A DNA stretch of 64,000 bases, from the NCBI RefSeq assembly GCF_046105845.1, contig NZ_CP151004.1, one strand, 5' to 3'. Every line of letters begins with the position of its first letter. The first letter of the stretch is position 1. Shown here in pieces: positions 1-9,487 of this stretch. The DNA comes from Escherichia coli (GTDB lineage: Bacteria; Pseudomonadota; Gammaproteobacteria; Enterobacterales; Enterobacteriaceae). The position numbers and the translations under genes were made by a program. The notes beneath the pieces were generated by a model. The model was not told the origin of the DNA and ran no database searches. It saw only the letters and a program-made list of their open reading frames with translations.

Positions 1-690
1 TAGCGCATCAACTGATCGAGCGGTTTGAATTTCTCCATCAGCATGTAGCGAATATTCGGACGGTCAAAACTGCTGATTTGAATCAGCGGATCGTTCAGCC
101 CCAGCAGGCGCACGATATCCTGCCGCGTGGTGTCGTCGGCTGTGGCGGTCAGCGCCATAAACGGCAGCGTCGGGAACCGCTGGCGCAACTGACCGAGCGC
201 GGCATATTCCGGGCGGAAATCGTGGCCCCATTGGGAGATACAGTGCGCTTCATCAACGGCTAATAACACCGGATTCCAGTGCGCCAGATGCTCAAGAAAG
301 TTATCCAGCATCAGGCGTTCCGGGGCGATATAAAGCAGACGAATTTGCCCGGTGCGGCAGCCTGTCATCACTTCAAGTTGCTGTTCGCGGGTTTGCGTCG
401 AGTTAAGGCACGCCGCCGCCACGCCGTTGGCTTGCAGTTGATCCACCTGATCTTTCATCAACGAAATCAGCGGTGAAACAACCACGGTAAGGCCGTTTAG
501 CAATAAGGCAGGAATTTGATAGCAAAGGGATTTTCCGCCACCGGTGGGCATGACGACCAGGCAATCGCGACCGGAAAGCACAGTGTCGATAATTTCTTCC
601 TGGCCGGGGCGAAACTGTTGGTAGCCAAAGGTTTCTTGTAAAACCTGTTTAGCTCCGGACTCCAGATTCAACACTTCCGCCTGCGCCACA
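1..690 (-). CDS. recQ: ATP-dependent DNA helicase RecQ, N-terminal ~230 codons only; the 3' part of the gene lies beyond the window start
   Basis: My own minus-strand translation from 690 downward reads (GTG)[53 protein letters not shown]..., which matches RecQ including the Walker A motif. It is not in the ORF track because it runs off the window edge. GTG start at 688-690. Confidence 0.85.
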
Positions 691-813
691 TTCACCCCGA
701 TTGCCTGAAATAAAAACAGGCGCTATTTTCAGCGCCTGCGCGAGAAACTGCAATGCTTTTAGTCTCTGAGAGGGTAATCCTGGATGCTGGATTCCAGATT
801 TGACAACCATTCA

Positions 814-1683
814 TCAAAACAGGTCGTTTAGCATAACTCCCACACCAACGCGGGTCTGGTTGAAGTTATAGTCGATGAGCGATTCGCCGTAACCACTGTA
901 AACCTGAGTATAAAGGCGCACATGTTTGGTGATCGGGTAACTTAAGCCTAACTCCGCACCACCGTAACCGGTGTTCCAGTTGTACTGCCCTTTCGCGCTC
1001 AGTACCGCATCACTGAGGTGATAGCCGATTTTAAGCTGGTAATAGCCCATATATTTGGTGATGTCCGGGTTATCGTCCGTATTCCCCACCACATACCACG
1101 GCTTCACCTCTACCAGCCAGTTACCGTTTTCTGCCATCAGGCGGGTATAAAGGCGGTTCCAGCTGCGGGAAGTCGGGTCTGAACGCCCGTTTGAGTCGTG
1201 GTTATAACCCATCTCCACATCGCGCAGCGTCCAACCTGCAAAACGGTAATCGGTGGCAAAACCGAGGAACAATTGCGGTTCGTAGTTGGTTTCACGAAAC
1301 GGTGAAGACTCTTCGCTATTGGACAGTTGCCACCAGGATTTTTGCGTATAAGACGCACCCAATACCGAGTTCGGGCCTAAAATCCCACGCCACAGCGGAA
1401 ATGCCAGGCTCAACTGAAACTTTACTTCATCCTTACGCGCATTTTCCGCCCAGTCGTAACTGGCAATCGCTTCTTTGTTCAGATCGCTGGTTTGGGTGTA
1501 GATGAGGTAGTTGGTGTCATAAGGATAGAGCGTGAACGGATTGTCATGCTCCTGCAGCATATTGGCGATAATACTGCCACGCACCGCAGGCGCGTCATGC
1601 ACCTCTTTCACCGTTGCCTCTTGTGCATATACTGCCATAGGCAACATAAACACCGGCAACAACCAGCCCTGCAGAGTCCGCAT
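814..1683 (-). CDS. pldA: Outer-membrane phospholipase A
   Basis: 289-aa ORF whose sequence (MRTLQGWLLPVFMLPMAVYAQEATVKEVHDAP...) matches E. coli PldA in length and content; signal peptide present. Confidence 0.95.
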   Translation of the reverse strand: MRTLQGWLLPVFMLPMAVYAQEATVKEVHDAPAVRGSIIANMLQEHDNPFTLYPYDTNYLIYTQTSDLNKEAIASYDWAENARKDEVKFQLSLAFPLWRGILGPNSVLGASYTQKSWWQLSNSEESSPFRETNYEPQLFLGFATDYRFAGWTLRDVEMGYNHDSNGRSDPTSRSWNRLYTRLMAENGNWLVEVKPWYVVGNTDDNPDITKYMGYYQLKIGYHLSDAVLSAKGQYNWNTGYGGAELGLSYPITKHVRLYTQVYSGYGESLIDYNFNQTRVGVGVMLNDLF

Positions 1684-1847
1684 CGGTCGTGTTCTCCGTA
1701 ACGAATTATTGATAAGGTGAATATTTTTCTGCGGGCTATTTTACATACTTAACTCCATAGCCGTTAGTTATCCCTTCCTAAAGTAGAAACCAACAACAAA
1801 GAAGCATAAAATCAACATTTCATTAACTAATGAAGTGTAAGGATGAT

Positions 1848-2315
1848 ATGTCTGCCGTACTGACCGCTGAACAAGCCCTGAAATTAGTGGGTGAGATGTT
1901 TGTTTATCACATGCCATTTAACCGCGCATTGGGGATGGAACTGGAGCGTTACGAAAAAGAGTTCGCACAGCTGGCCTTTAAAAATCAGCCAATGATGGTG
2001 GGTAACTGGGCGCAAAGCATTTTGCACGGCGGAGTCATTGCGTCGGCGCTGGATGTCGCCGCCGGTCTGGTGTGCGTGGGAAGTACCTTAACCCGCCACG
2101 AAACCATCAGTGAAGATGAACTACGCCAGCGGCTATCGCGGATGGGGACCATTGATCTTCGCGTTGATTATCTGCGCCCAGGCAGGGGCGAGCGTTTTAC
2201 TGCTACCAGTAGTCTGTTGCGGGCAGGCAATAAAGTCGCCGTCGCCCGCGTTGAATTACACAATGAAGAACAGCTTTATATTGCCAGCGCTACAGCCACC
2301 TATATGGTAGGTTGA
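1848..2315 (+). CDS. yigI: PaaI/hotdog-fold acyl-CoA thioesterase family protein
   Basis: ORF 1830..2315; I chose the internal ATG at 1848 ([12 protein letters not shown]..., 155 aa) to match the YigI length. Syntenic between pldA and rarD. Confidence 0.8.
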   Translation: MSAVLTAEQALKLVGEMFVYHMPFNRALGMELERYEKEFAQLAFKNQPMMVGNWAQSILHGGVIASALDVAAGLVCVGSTLTRHETISEDELRQRLSRMGTIDLRVDYLRPGRGERFTATSSLLRAGNKVAVARVELHNEEQLYIASATATYMVG

Positions 2316-2366
2316 TAACGTAAAAGCAGGTAAACTGCTGTTACCAATTAAAAATGAGTATTCCCG

Positions 2367-3257
2367 ATGGATGCAAAACAAACGCGGCAGGGCGTATTAC
2401 TCGCTCTTGCCGCTTATTTTATTTGGGGTATTGCGCCAGCGTACTTCAAGCTGATTTACTACGTGCCCGCCGATGAGATCCTGACGCATCGCGTGATCTG
2501 GTCGTTTTTCTTTATGGTGGTGCTGATGAGCATTTGCCGCCAGTGGTCCTATTTAAAAACGCTGATTCAGACGCCACAGAAAATTTTTATGCTGGCAGTC
2601 TCTGCCGTGCTGATTGGTGGCAACTGGCTACTGTTTATCTGGGCGGTGAACAATCACCATATGCTGGAAGCGAGCCTTGGTTACTTTATTAACCCGCTGG
2701 TGAACATTGTGCTGGGGATGATTTTCCTCGGCGAGCGATTCCGCCGGATGCAATGGCTGGCGGTGATTCTGGCAATATGTGGCGTGTTGGTTCAGTTGTG
2801 GACTTTTGGTTCACTGCCGATTATCGCGCTGGGGCTGGCGTTTAGTTTTGCCTTCTACGGCCTGGTACGCAAGAAGATTGCTGTTGAAGCGCAAACCGGC
2901 ATGTTAATCGAAACTATGTGGTTGCTGCCCGTGGCGGCGATTTACCTGTTTGCTATTGCCGACAGCTCAACCAGCCATATGGGGCAAAACCCGATGTCAC
3001 TGAATTTACTGCTGATCGCCGCCGGGATTGTCACTACCGTACCGCTGTTGTGTTTTACTGCGGCTGCGACACGCCTGCGTCTCTCAACGTTAGGCTTTTT
3101 TCAGTACATTGGCCCGACGCTGATGTTCCTGCTGGCTGTGACGTTTTATGGTGAAAAACCGGGTGCCGATAAGATGGTGACCTTCGCCTTTATTTGGGTG
3201 GCGCTGGCAATTTTTGTGATGGATGCGATTTATACGCAGCGTAGAACGTCCAAATAA
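2367..3257 (+). CDS. rarD: EamA/DMT-family inner-membrane transporter RarD
   Basis: 296-aa ORF, highly hydrophobic with multiple predicted TM segments; matches RarD length and synteny. Confidence 0.9.
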   Translation: MDAKQTRQGVLLALAAYFIWGIAPAYFKLIYYVPADEILTHRVIWSFFFMVVLMSICRQWSYLKTLIQTPQKIFMLAVSAVLIGGNWLLFIWAVNNHHMLEASLGYFINPLVNIVLGMIFLGERFRRMQWLAVILAICGVLVQLWTFGSLPIIALGLAFSFAFYGLVRKKIAVEAQTGMLIETMWLLPVAAIYLFAIADSSTSHMGQNPMSLNLLLIAAGIVTTVPLLCFTAAATRLRLSTLGFFQYIGPTLMFLLAVTFYGEKPGADKMVTFAFIWVALAIFVMDAIYTQRRTSK

Positions 3258-3291
3258 AAAATAAATATATTCTGAAAAAATATGCCGACTC

Positions 3292-3693
3292 TTGCATGAG
3301 AGTGGGCATATTGCCATGCTGACAGGAGACTCACATAAGAAAGGCAGAATTTCCAGACGTCGTTGTATATTTTCATTTGCTTTAATAAATTTCATTTTTG
3401 CCTTTCTTATTATCTTTTTTAACGATGGGGACGCAGGTTTTCTTGTTATTGTCTCTACCAACGCACTCCATTATCTCGTCATCAACATAAATTGCCAACG
3501 ACTCCGTGATAGTGGTTTCATATATATAAAAACTTATGTTTTTGGTACATTAGCAGTATATATCATCTCTATCATCACAATGATAGCCGAACATTTTGAT
3601 TGTTCAGGCAATGGTTCGATGATTTTTTTGATTTGTTATTTTTCCACTTTCAGTATGCTAATGCTTGCACCTACTGATTCATCAAAACAATAG
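3292..3693 (+). CDS. yigG: Small inner-membrane protein YigG; true start may be the internal Met at 3316
   Basis: 133-aa ORF, AT-rich with hydrophobic segments, lying between rarD and yigF as in E. coli. Confidence 0.6.
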   Translation: MHESGHIAMLTGDSHKKGRISRRRCIFSFALINFIFAFLIIFFNDGDAGFLVIVSTNALHYLVININCQRLRDSGFIYIKTYVFGTLAVYIISIITMIAEHFDCSGNGSMIFLICYFSTFSMLMLAPTDSSKQ

Positions 3694-3706
3694 TTATGGA
3701 GTATTT

Positions 3707-4087
3707 ATGAGTAAGGAATATATGAACGATGGTTCATTAAGTGAAAAATGGAAATACCGATTTAATTTTTATGATCAACATGGCTTTCCTGGATTCTGGG
3801 GGGCAACACCAGAATATAAAGCAGCATTTAAAACATTAAAAGTAAGACAACGATTAACTATTCAAATGAATTTCATTGCTTTCTTCTGTTCCTGGATCTA
3901 TTTATTTGTTCTGGGATTATGGAAAAAAGCAATTATAGTTCTATTACTTGGCATTCTATCTCTATTTGTTGGTGCACTAATTGGCGTTAACATTCTGGGA
4001 ATTGCCGTAGCAGCCTATGTTGCTGTTAACACGAACAAATGGTTTTATGAGAAAGAGGTAAAAGGGTTAAATACCTGGAGCCTTTGA
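3707..4087 (+). CDS. yigF: Small inner-membrane protein YigF (DUF2628-like)
   Basis: ORF 3665..4087; internal ATG at 3707 (MSKEYMNDGSLSEKWKYRF..., 126 aa) is preceded by a GGAG Shine-Dalgarno at 3698-3701. Two hydrophobic helices. Confidence 0.65.
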   Translation: MSKEYMNDGSLSEKWKYRFNFYDQHGFPGFWGATPEYKAAFKTLKVRQRLTIQMNFIAFFCSWIYLFVLGLWKKAIIVLLLGILSLFVGALIGVNILGIAVAAYVAVNTNKWFYEKEVKGLNTWSL

Positions 4088-4093
4088 ATAACA

Positions 4094-4129
4094 GGTGGCT
4101 TAGCCAGGCTAAGCCACCGCCTTCTTTTT
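4094..4129. terminator. Bidirectional rho-independent terminator between the convergent yigF and corA genes
   Basis: Inverted repeat GGTGGCTTAGCC / GGCTAAGCCACC followed by CTTCTTTTT. Confidence 0.55.
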
Positions 4130-5078
4130 ACAGCCAGTTCTTGCGCTTAAAGTACAGATACGGTGCCAGGCCCGCGAGGATCATAAAGATAATCGCGCCA
4201 GGGTAGCCGAAACTCCACTTCAGTTCCGGCATAAACTCAAAGTTCATCCCGTAGCTGGAAGCAACCAGCGTTGGCGGCAGGAACACGACGGATACCACCG
4301 AGAAGATTTTGATGATGCGGTTCTGCTCGATGTTGATAAAGCCCATCGCCGCCTGCATCAGGAAGTTCACCTTCTGGAACAGAGATTCGTTATGCGGCAG
4401 CAGGGATTCGATATCTCGCAGGATTTCACGCGCCTGCTCCAGCTGCCCGCCCGGTAAACGCGCCTTACGCACCAGGAAGTTGAGCGCACGCTGGGTATCC
4501 ATCAGACACAGGCGAACTTTCCAGCCGATATCTTCCAGTTCCGCCAGCGTGGAGAGCGCCTCGTCGTACTCATCGCCCTGATGCCCTTCCATAATTACCC
4601 GGCTCAACTGCTCCAGGTCGCTGTAGATATTTTCAATTTCATCTGCCAACTGTTCGATTTTGGTTTCGAACAGATCCAGCAGCAGCTCGTAGGCGTTACC
4701 GTCCACCATTGACTGGCTACGGGCACGCATACGATACAGACGGAATGCAGGCAGTTCACGCTCACGCAGAGTAAACAGACGACCATCACGGATGGTAAAT
4801 GCCACAGTGGAGTTACCGGCGTGATCTTCCGCATCTTCAAAGAAGAAGAAGGAGTGAATATGCAGGCCGTCATCGTCTTCAAAGAAACGTGCCGATGCTT
4901 CGATGTCTTCCAGTTCCGGGCGGGTTGCCAGGCTCTGACCAAGTTCAGATTGTACGCGCAGTCGCTCGTCGTCGTCCGGTTCGACAAGATCAATCCATAC
5001 TGCATTTACAAGGGGTTGTGACTCTTCGACTTCCAGCCGGGTCAGTCGGTTATTTTCCAGTTGAAATGCGCTCAGCAT
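4128..5078 (-). CDS. corA: Magnesium/cobalt transport protein CorA
   Basis: ORF 4128..5093; internal ATG at 5076-5078 gives the 316-aa protein [16 protein letters not shown]..., with the GMNF motif and two C-terminal TM helices. Confidence 0.95.
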   Translation of the reverse strand: MLSAFQLENNRLTRLEVEESQPLVNAVWIDLVEPDDDERLRVQSELGQSLATRPELEDIEASARFFEDDDGLHIHSFFFFEDAEDHAGNSTVAFTIRDGRLFTLRERELPAFRLYRMRARSQSMVDGNAYELLLDLFETKIEQLADEIENIYSDLEQLSRVIMEGHQGDEYDEALSTLAELEDIGWKVRLCLMDTQRALNFLVRKARLPGGQLEQAREILRDIESLLPHNESLFQKVNFLMQAAMGFINIEQNRIIKIFSVVSVVFLPPTLVASSYGMNFEFMPELKWSFGYPGAIIFMILAGLAPYLYFKRKNWL

Positions 5079-5447
5079 GACCGGGACTCCCAATGCTTAA
5101 AATATCGGACAGTTCGGTGGGCACACAGAAACAAATTGGGTTTCAGACCATTAAACAGCCTGACTCAGCGCGACGGGAAAAATTGAGGTCGCTGACAACC
5201 GCTAAGGCTATCAGCAAAAAGGGATAGCCTTAGGAGTTGATCCTGGATGACAGGATAGTGAGCCAGTATCTACTGGGTGTGTCCAAGGCGAATGTCCTCT
5301 TAGAGTGATCGTGCGCGCATGTTACGCCAGCAAAATTTTGCCGTCAACACGCAACAGAACACCACAGAACAATAGTTGAACTTCGCGCTTTTTGGTACTC
5401 GTCAAGGTCGCTAACAGGATAAAAAAATCCCACATCCAGGACCTATA

Positions 5448-6212
5448 ATGGCGCATCGGCTACTCATTGGTAAAGGAATGATCACCTTGAATCTCAAACG
5501 GATTTTTCTCACCCTCACCTTACTTCCCTTATTTGCTGTTGCCGCTGATGATTGCGCACTCTCAGATCCGGCGCTGACCGTACAGGCGTATACCGTTAAT
5601 CCTCAAACAGAGCGGGTGAAAATGTACTGGCAAAAAGCCAATGGCGAAGCGTGGGGAACGTTACATGCTCTGCTGGCGGATATTAATAGTCAGGGTCAGG
5701 TGCAGATGGCAATGAACGGCGGCATCTATGATGAAAGCTATGCGCCGCTCGGTTTGTACATCGAAAACGGTCAGCAGAAGGTGGCGTTAAATCTCGCTTC
5801 AGGTGAAGGGAATTTCTTTATTCGTCCTGGCGGCGTGTTTTATGTCGCGGGAGATAAAGTCGGCATCGTTCGTCTGGATGCCTTTAAAACCAGTAAAGAG
5901 ATTCAGTTTGCGGTGCAGTCAGGGCCAATGTTATTAGAAAACGGCGTAATTAATCCGCGTATTCATCCCAACGTCGCCTCACGTAAAATTCGTAACGGTG
6001 TTGGGATTAATAAACAAGGGAACGCCGTGTTTTTGTTGAGCCAGCAGGCGACAAATTTTTATGATTTTGCCTGTTATGCCAAAGCGAAACTGAACGTTGA
6101 GCAGTTGCTTTATCTTGATGGCACAATTTCACATATTTATATGAAAGGCGGGGCAATCCCGTGGCAACGCTATCCTTTTGTCACCATGATTTCCGTCGAG
6201 CGGAAAGGTTAA
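5448..6212 (+). CDS. yigE: DUF2233 (phosphodiester-glycosidase-like) protein with an N-terminal signal peptide
   Basis: 254-aa ORF matching YigE in length; hydrophobic N-terminus LKRIFLTLTLLPLFAVAADD; syntenic next to corA. Confidence 0.8.
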   Translation: MAHRLLIGKGMITLNLKRIFLTLTLLPLFAVAADDCALSDPALTVQAYTVNPQTERVKMYWQKANGEAWGTLHALLADINSQGQVQMAMNGGIYDESYAPLGLYIENGQQKVALNLASGEGNFFIRPGGVFYVAGDKVGIVRLDAFKTSKEIQFAVQSGPMLLENGVINPRIHPNVASRKIRNGVGINKQGNAVFLLSQQATNFYDFACYAKAKLNVEQLLYLDGTISHIYMKGGAIPWQRYPFVTMISVERKG

Positions 6213-6294
6213 GCATTATACACTCGAGGAGGCCAGACAAACTGGGACTGGCTACACAGCTGGAAAATCATCAGATAAATGAAGGGAAACAAAA

Positions 6295-7197
6295 ATGAAA
6301 AAAACGCTCGCAACGTTATTTTTATTAACGTGTCTGGGATCATCATCCGCCTATGCGGATAACGCTTTGATTTTACAAACTGATTTTAGCCTGAAAGATG
6401 GTGCCGTCTCGGCGATGAAAGGGGTCGCATTCGGCGTTGACCATAATCTTAAAATCTTTGATTTAACACACGAAATTCCACCGTATAACATCTGGGAAGG
6501 CGCTTATCGCCTGTATCAGACTGCCAGTTACTGGCCGCAAGGTTCGGTGTTTGTTAGCGTGGTCGATCCGGGCGTAGGCACTGACCGTAAATCGGTAGTG
6601 CTGAAAACCAAAAACGGTCAGTACTTCGTTTCACCAGATAACGGTACGCTCACTTTGGTGGCACAAACTCTGGGTATTGATAGCGTCCGGGAAATCGACG
6701 AAAAAGCTAACCGCCTGAAAGGTTCTGAAAAGTCATATACCTTCCACGGTCGTGACGTGTATGCCTACACCGGTGCGCGTCTGGCTTCCGGGGCGATTAC
6801 GTTCGAACAGGTGGGGCCAGAGCTTCCTGCAAAAGTTGTCGAACTTTCTTATCAGAAAGCAAAAGCAACAAAAGGTGAAGTGAAGGGCAATATCCCGATT
6901 CTCGATATTCAGTACGGCAACGTCTGGAGCAATATCAGCGACGAGTTGCTGAATCAGGCAGGAATCAAACTCAACGACACGTTGTGTGTGACCATTTCCG
7001 AAGGTTCCCAGCAAAAATACGCAGGGAAAATGCCGTATGTCGCAAGTTTCGGCGATGTGCCGGAAGGCCAGCCGATGGTGTATCTGAACAGCTTATTGAA
7101 TGTTTCCGTGGCGCTGAATATGGATAATTTCGCGCAGAAACATCAGGTTGCATCTGGTGCTGACTGGAATATTGATGTGAAGAAGTGCGCTAAGTAA
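6295..7197 (+). CDS. DUF62 / S-adenosyl-L-methionine hydroxide adenosyltransferase-family protein with a predicted Sec signal peptide
   Basis: 300-aa ORF. N-terminus MKKTLATLFLLTCLGSSSAYA is a typical signal peptide. Mature region carries what I recall as the DUF62 hallmarks: ILQTDFSLKDGAVSAMKGV, VVDPGVGTDRK, SPDNGTL and TFHGRDVYAYTG. Preceded by a purine-rich RBS. Confidence 0.8.
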   Translation: MKKTLATLFLLTCLGSSSAYADNALILQTDFSLKDGAVSAMKGVAFGVDHNLKIFDLTHEIPPYNIWEGAYRLYQTASYWPQGSVFVSVVDPGVGTDRKSVVLKTKNGQYFVSPDNGTLTLVAQTLGIDSVREIDEKANRLKGSEKSYTFHGRDVYAYTGARLASGAITFEQVGPELPAKVVELSYQKAKATKGEVKGNIPILDIQYGNVWSNISDELLNQAGIKLNDTLCVTISEGSQQKYAGKMPYVASFGDVPEGQPMVYLNSLLNVSVALNMDNFAQKHQVASGADWNIDVKKCAK

Positions 7198-7205
7198 GGG
7201 GCTGA

Positions 7206-7236
7206 TGCGGAATGCGGTGTGGCGCACCGCATTCCG
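7206..7236. terminator. Perfect 13-bp-stem hairpin between the convergent DUF62 gene and uvrD; probable bidirectional terminator
   Basis: GCGGAATGCGGTG - TGGCG - CACCGCATTCCGC read directly from the sequence. No strong T-run follows. Confidence 0.4.
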
Positions 7237-7241
7237 CAACG

Positions 7242-9404
7242 TCACACCGTCTCCAACCGGGCGTAAGCCGCCACCAGCCATTTAATACCCTGGCCCTGGA
7301 ACGCCACCTGCAAACGGCTATGCTCACCGCTGCCTTCCATATTGACGATGGTGCCTTCACCAAACTTAGCGTGGCGTACGCGCTGGCCGAGCTTGTAGCT
7401 GCTGTCGTTCTCGACCATCGGCGTACCCATCCGTTGATGGCTGACCGGGCGGCTTACCGTGGCGCGCAGGCGCACCTCTTCCACACACTCTTCCGGCAGC
7501 TCGCCGATAAAGCGCGACGGGCGATGGTAAACCTCTTTGCCATACAAACGGCGAGTTTCCGCGTAGGTCAGCGTCAGTTTCTGCATCGCGCGGGTTACGC
7601 CAACGTAGGCCAGACGGCGTTCTTCTTCCAGACGTCCGCCTTCATCCAGCGACATCTGGCTTGGGAACATGCCTTCTTCCATACCAACGATAAACACCTG
7701 CGGGAACTCCAGCCCTTTCGCCGAGTGTAGCGTCATCAACTGCACCGCATCCTGCCAGGTATCCGCCTGCCCCTCGCCCGCTTCCAGTGCCGCATGGGAG
7801 AGGAACGCCTGCAGCGGCATTAAATCTTCGTCTTCTTCGTTGTAGCTGAACTGGCGCGTCGCCGTCACCAGTTCCTCTAAGTTTTCGATACGCGTCTGTC
7901 CTTTTTCGCCCTTCTCCTGCTCGTACATGGTGCGCAGGCCGGAGTCTTTAATGACCCGGTCAGTCTGTACATGCAGCGGCATATCGGCAGTTTCCTGCGC
8001 TAAGGCGTCGATCAGTTCCATAAACCGTTGCAAGGCACTGGCAGCACGTCCGGCGAGGGCTTTTTCCTGCAACAGTTCACGACATGCCTGCCAGAGTGTT
8101 AACTGACGATCGCGCGATGTCTGACGTACCACGTCCAGCGTCCGGTCACCAATACCCCGCGTTGGCGTATTCACCACGCGCTCAAAGGCCGCGTCGTCGT
8201 TGCGGTTGGCAATCAGGCGCAGATATGAGAGCGCGTCTTTGATTTCCTGACGTTCGAAGAAGCGCATCCCGCCGTAAATACGGTACGGCATACTCGCCTG
8301 CAACAGTGCTTCTTCCAGCACGCGCGACTGGGCGTTGCTGCGGTAGAGAATGGCGCACTCGGCGAGCGCCCCGCCGTTGTCCTGCCAGGTCTTGATACGG
8401 TTAACCACAAAACGCGCTTCGTCGAGTTCGTTAAAAGCGCAATAGAGGGAAATCGGCTCACCGTCCGCGCCATCGGTCCACAGTTTTTTACCCAGACGCC
8501 CGTTGTTGTTTTCAATCAGGGCGTTAGCGGCGCTCAGAATATTGCTGGTAGAGCGGTAGTTTTGCTCCAGACGAATAGTTTCGGCACCGGGGAAATCATT
8601 AAGGAAACGCTGAATATTCTCCACCTGCGCCCCGCGCCAGCCGTAGATTGACTGGTCGTCATCGCCAACGATCATCACTTTGCCGGTGTCGCCCGCCAGC
8701 AGGCGGATCCACGCGTACTGAATGTTGTTGGTATCCTGGAATTCGTCCACCAGGATGTTAGTAAAACGTTCGCGGTAGTGTTGCAGGATATGCGGCTTGT
8801 TAAGCCACAACTCGTGAGCACGTAGCAGCAGCTCGGCGAAGTCCACCAGGCCCGCGCGGTCACACGCTTCCTGATACGCCTGATACACCTTCTGCCAGGT
8901 CTGCTCCACCGGATTACCGTAGCTTTGAATATGATGTGGACGCAGGCCTTCATCTTTCTGGCTGTTGATGTACCACATTGCCTGGCGCGGCGGCCACTGC
9001 TTCTCGTCGAGGTTCATCGCCTTGATTAGGCGTTTGAGCAGGCGTAGCTGGTCCTCGCTGTCGAGGATCTGAAAATCCTGCGGCAGATTGGCGTCCATAT
9101 GGTGCGCACGCAGCAGACGGTGCGCCAGCCCGTGGAAGGTGCCGACCCACATGCCGCCCTGGCTGGTGCCCATCAGCTGCCCGATACGATGACGCATCTC
9201 CGCCGCCGCTTTGTTGGTAAACGTTACCGCCATAATCGAGTATGGCGAGCAGTTTTCCACGCTCATCAGCCAGGCGATACGATGCACCAATACGCGCGTC
9301 TTACCACTGCCCGCGCCCGCCAGCACCAGAAGGTTGCTGCGTGGCGCGGCCACCGCTTCGCGCTGTTTGTCATTAAGGCTGTCGAGCAGGTAAGAAACGT
9401 CCAT
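7242..9404 (-). CDS. uvrD: DNA helicase II (UvrD)
   Basis: ORF 7242..9590; internal ATG at 9402-9404 yields the 720-aa protein [38 protein letters not shown]... with Walker A. Confidence 0.95.
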   Translation of the reverse strand: MDVSYLLDSLNDKQREAVAAPRSNLLVLAGAGSGKTRVLVHRIAWLMSVENCSPYSIMAVTFTNKAAAEMRHRIGQLMGTSQGGMWVGTFHGLAHRLLRAHHMDANLPQDFQILDSEDQLRLLKRLIKAMNLDEKQWPPRQAMWYINSQKDEGLRPHHIQSYGNPVEQTWQKVYQAYQEACDRAGLVDFAELLLRAHELWLNKPHILQHYRERFTNILVDEFQDTNNIQYAWIRLLAGDTGKVMIVGDDDQSIYGWRGAQVENIQRFLNDFPGAETIRLEQNYRSTSNILSAANALIENNNGRLGKKLWTDGADGEPISLYCAFNELDEARFVVNRIKTWQDNGGALAECAILYRSNAQSRVLEEALLQASMPYRIYGGMRFFERQEIKDALSYLRLIANRNDDAAFERVVNTPTRGIGDRTLDVVRQTSRDRQLTLWQACRELLQEKALAGRAASALQRFMELIDALAQETADMPLHVQTDRVIKDSGLRTMYEQEKGEKGQTRIENLEELVTATRQFSYNEEDEDLMPLQAFLSHAALEAGEGQADTWQDAVQLMTLHSAKGLEFPQVFIVGMEEGMFPSQMSLDEGGRLEEERRLAYVGVTRAMQKLTLTYAETRRLYGKEVYHRPSRFIGELPEECVEEVRLRATVSRPVSHQRMGTPMVENDSSYKLGQRVRHAKFGEGTIVNMEGSGEHSRLQVAFQGQGIKWLVAAYARLETV

Positions 9405-9452
9405 TGGCACCGCCGCGTAAAAATAGGTTGGGCGGAGAAGCGCAACGCCCTC

Positions 9453-9468
9453 CGCCAAAAAGCTGGGT
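9453..9468 (-). promoter_or_regulatory. LexA (SOS) box in the uvrD promoter
   Basis: Minus-strand sequence ATCTGTATATATACCCAGCT fits the CTGT-N8-ACAG consensus and sits about 50 bp upstream of the uvrD start. Confidence 0.75.
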
Positions 9469-9487
9469 ATATATACAGATTTGCTGA

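Noticed and set aside
78-476. Plus-strand ORFs 78..263 and 279..476
   Set aside because: They lie entirely antisense within the recQ coding region that I translated on the minus strand; no RBS or conservation logic. Spurious.
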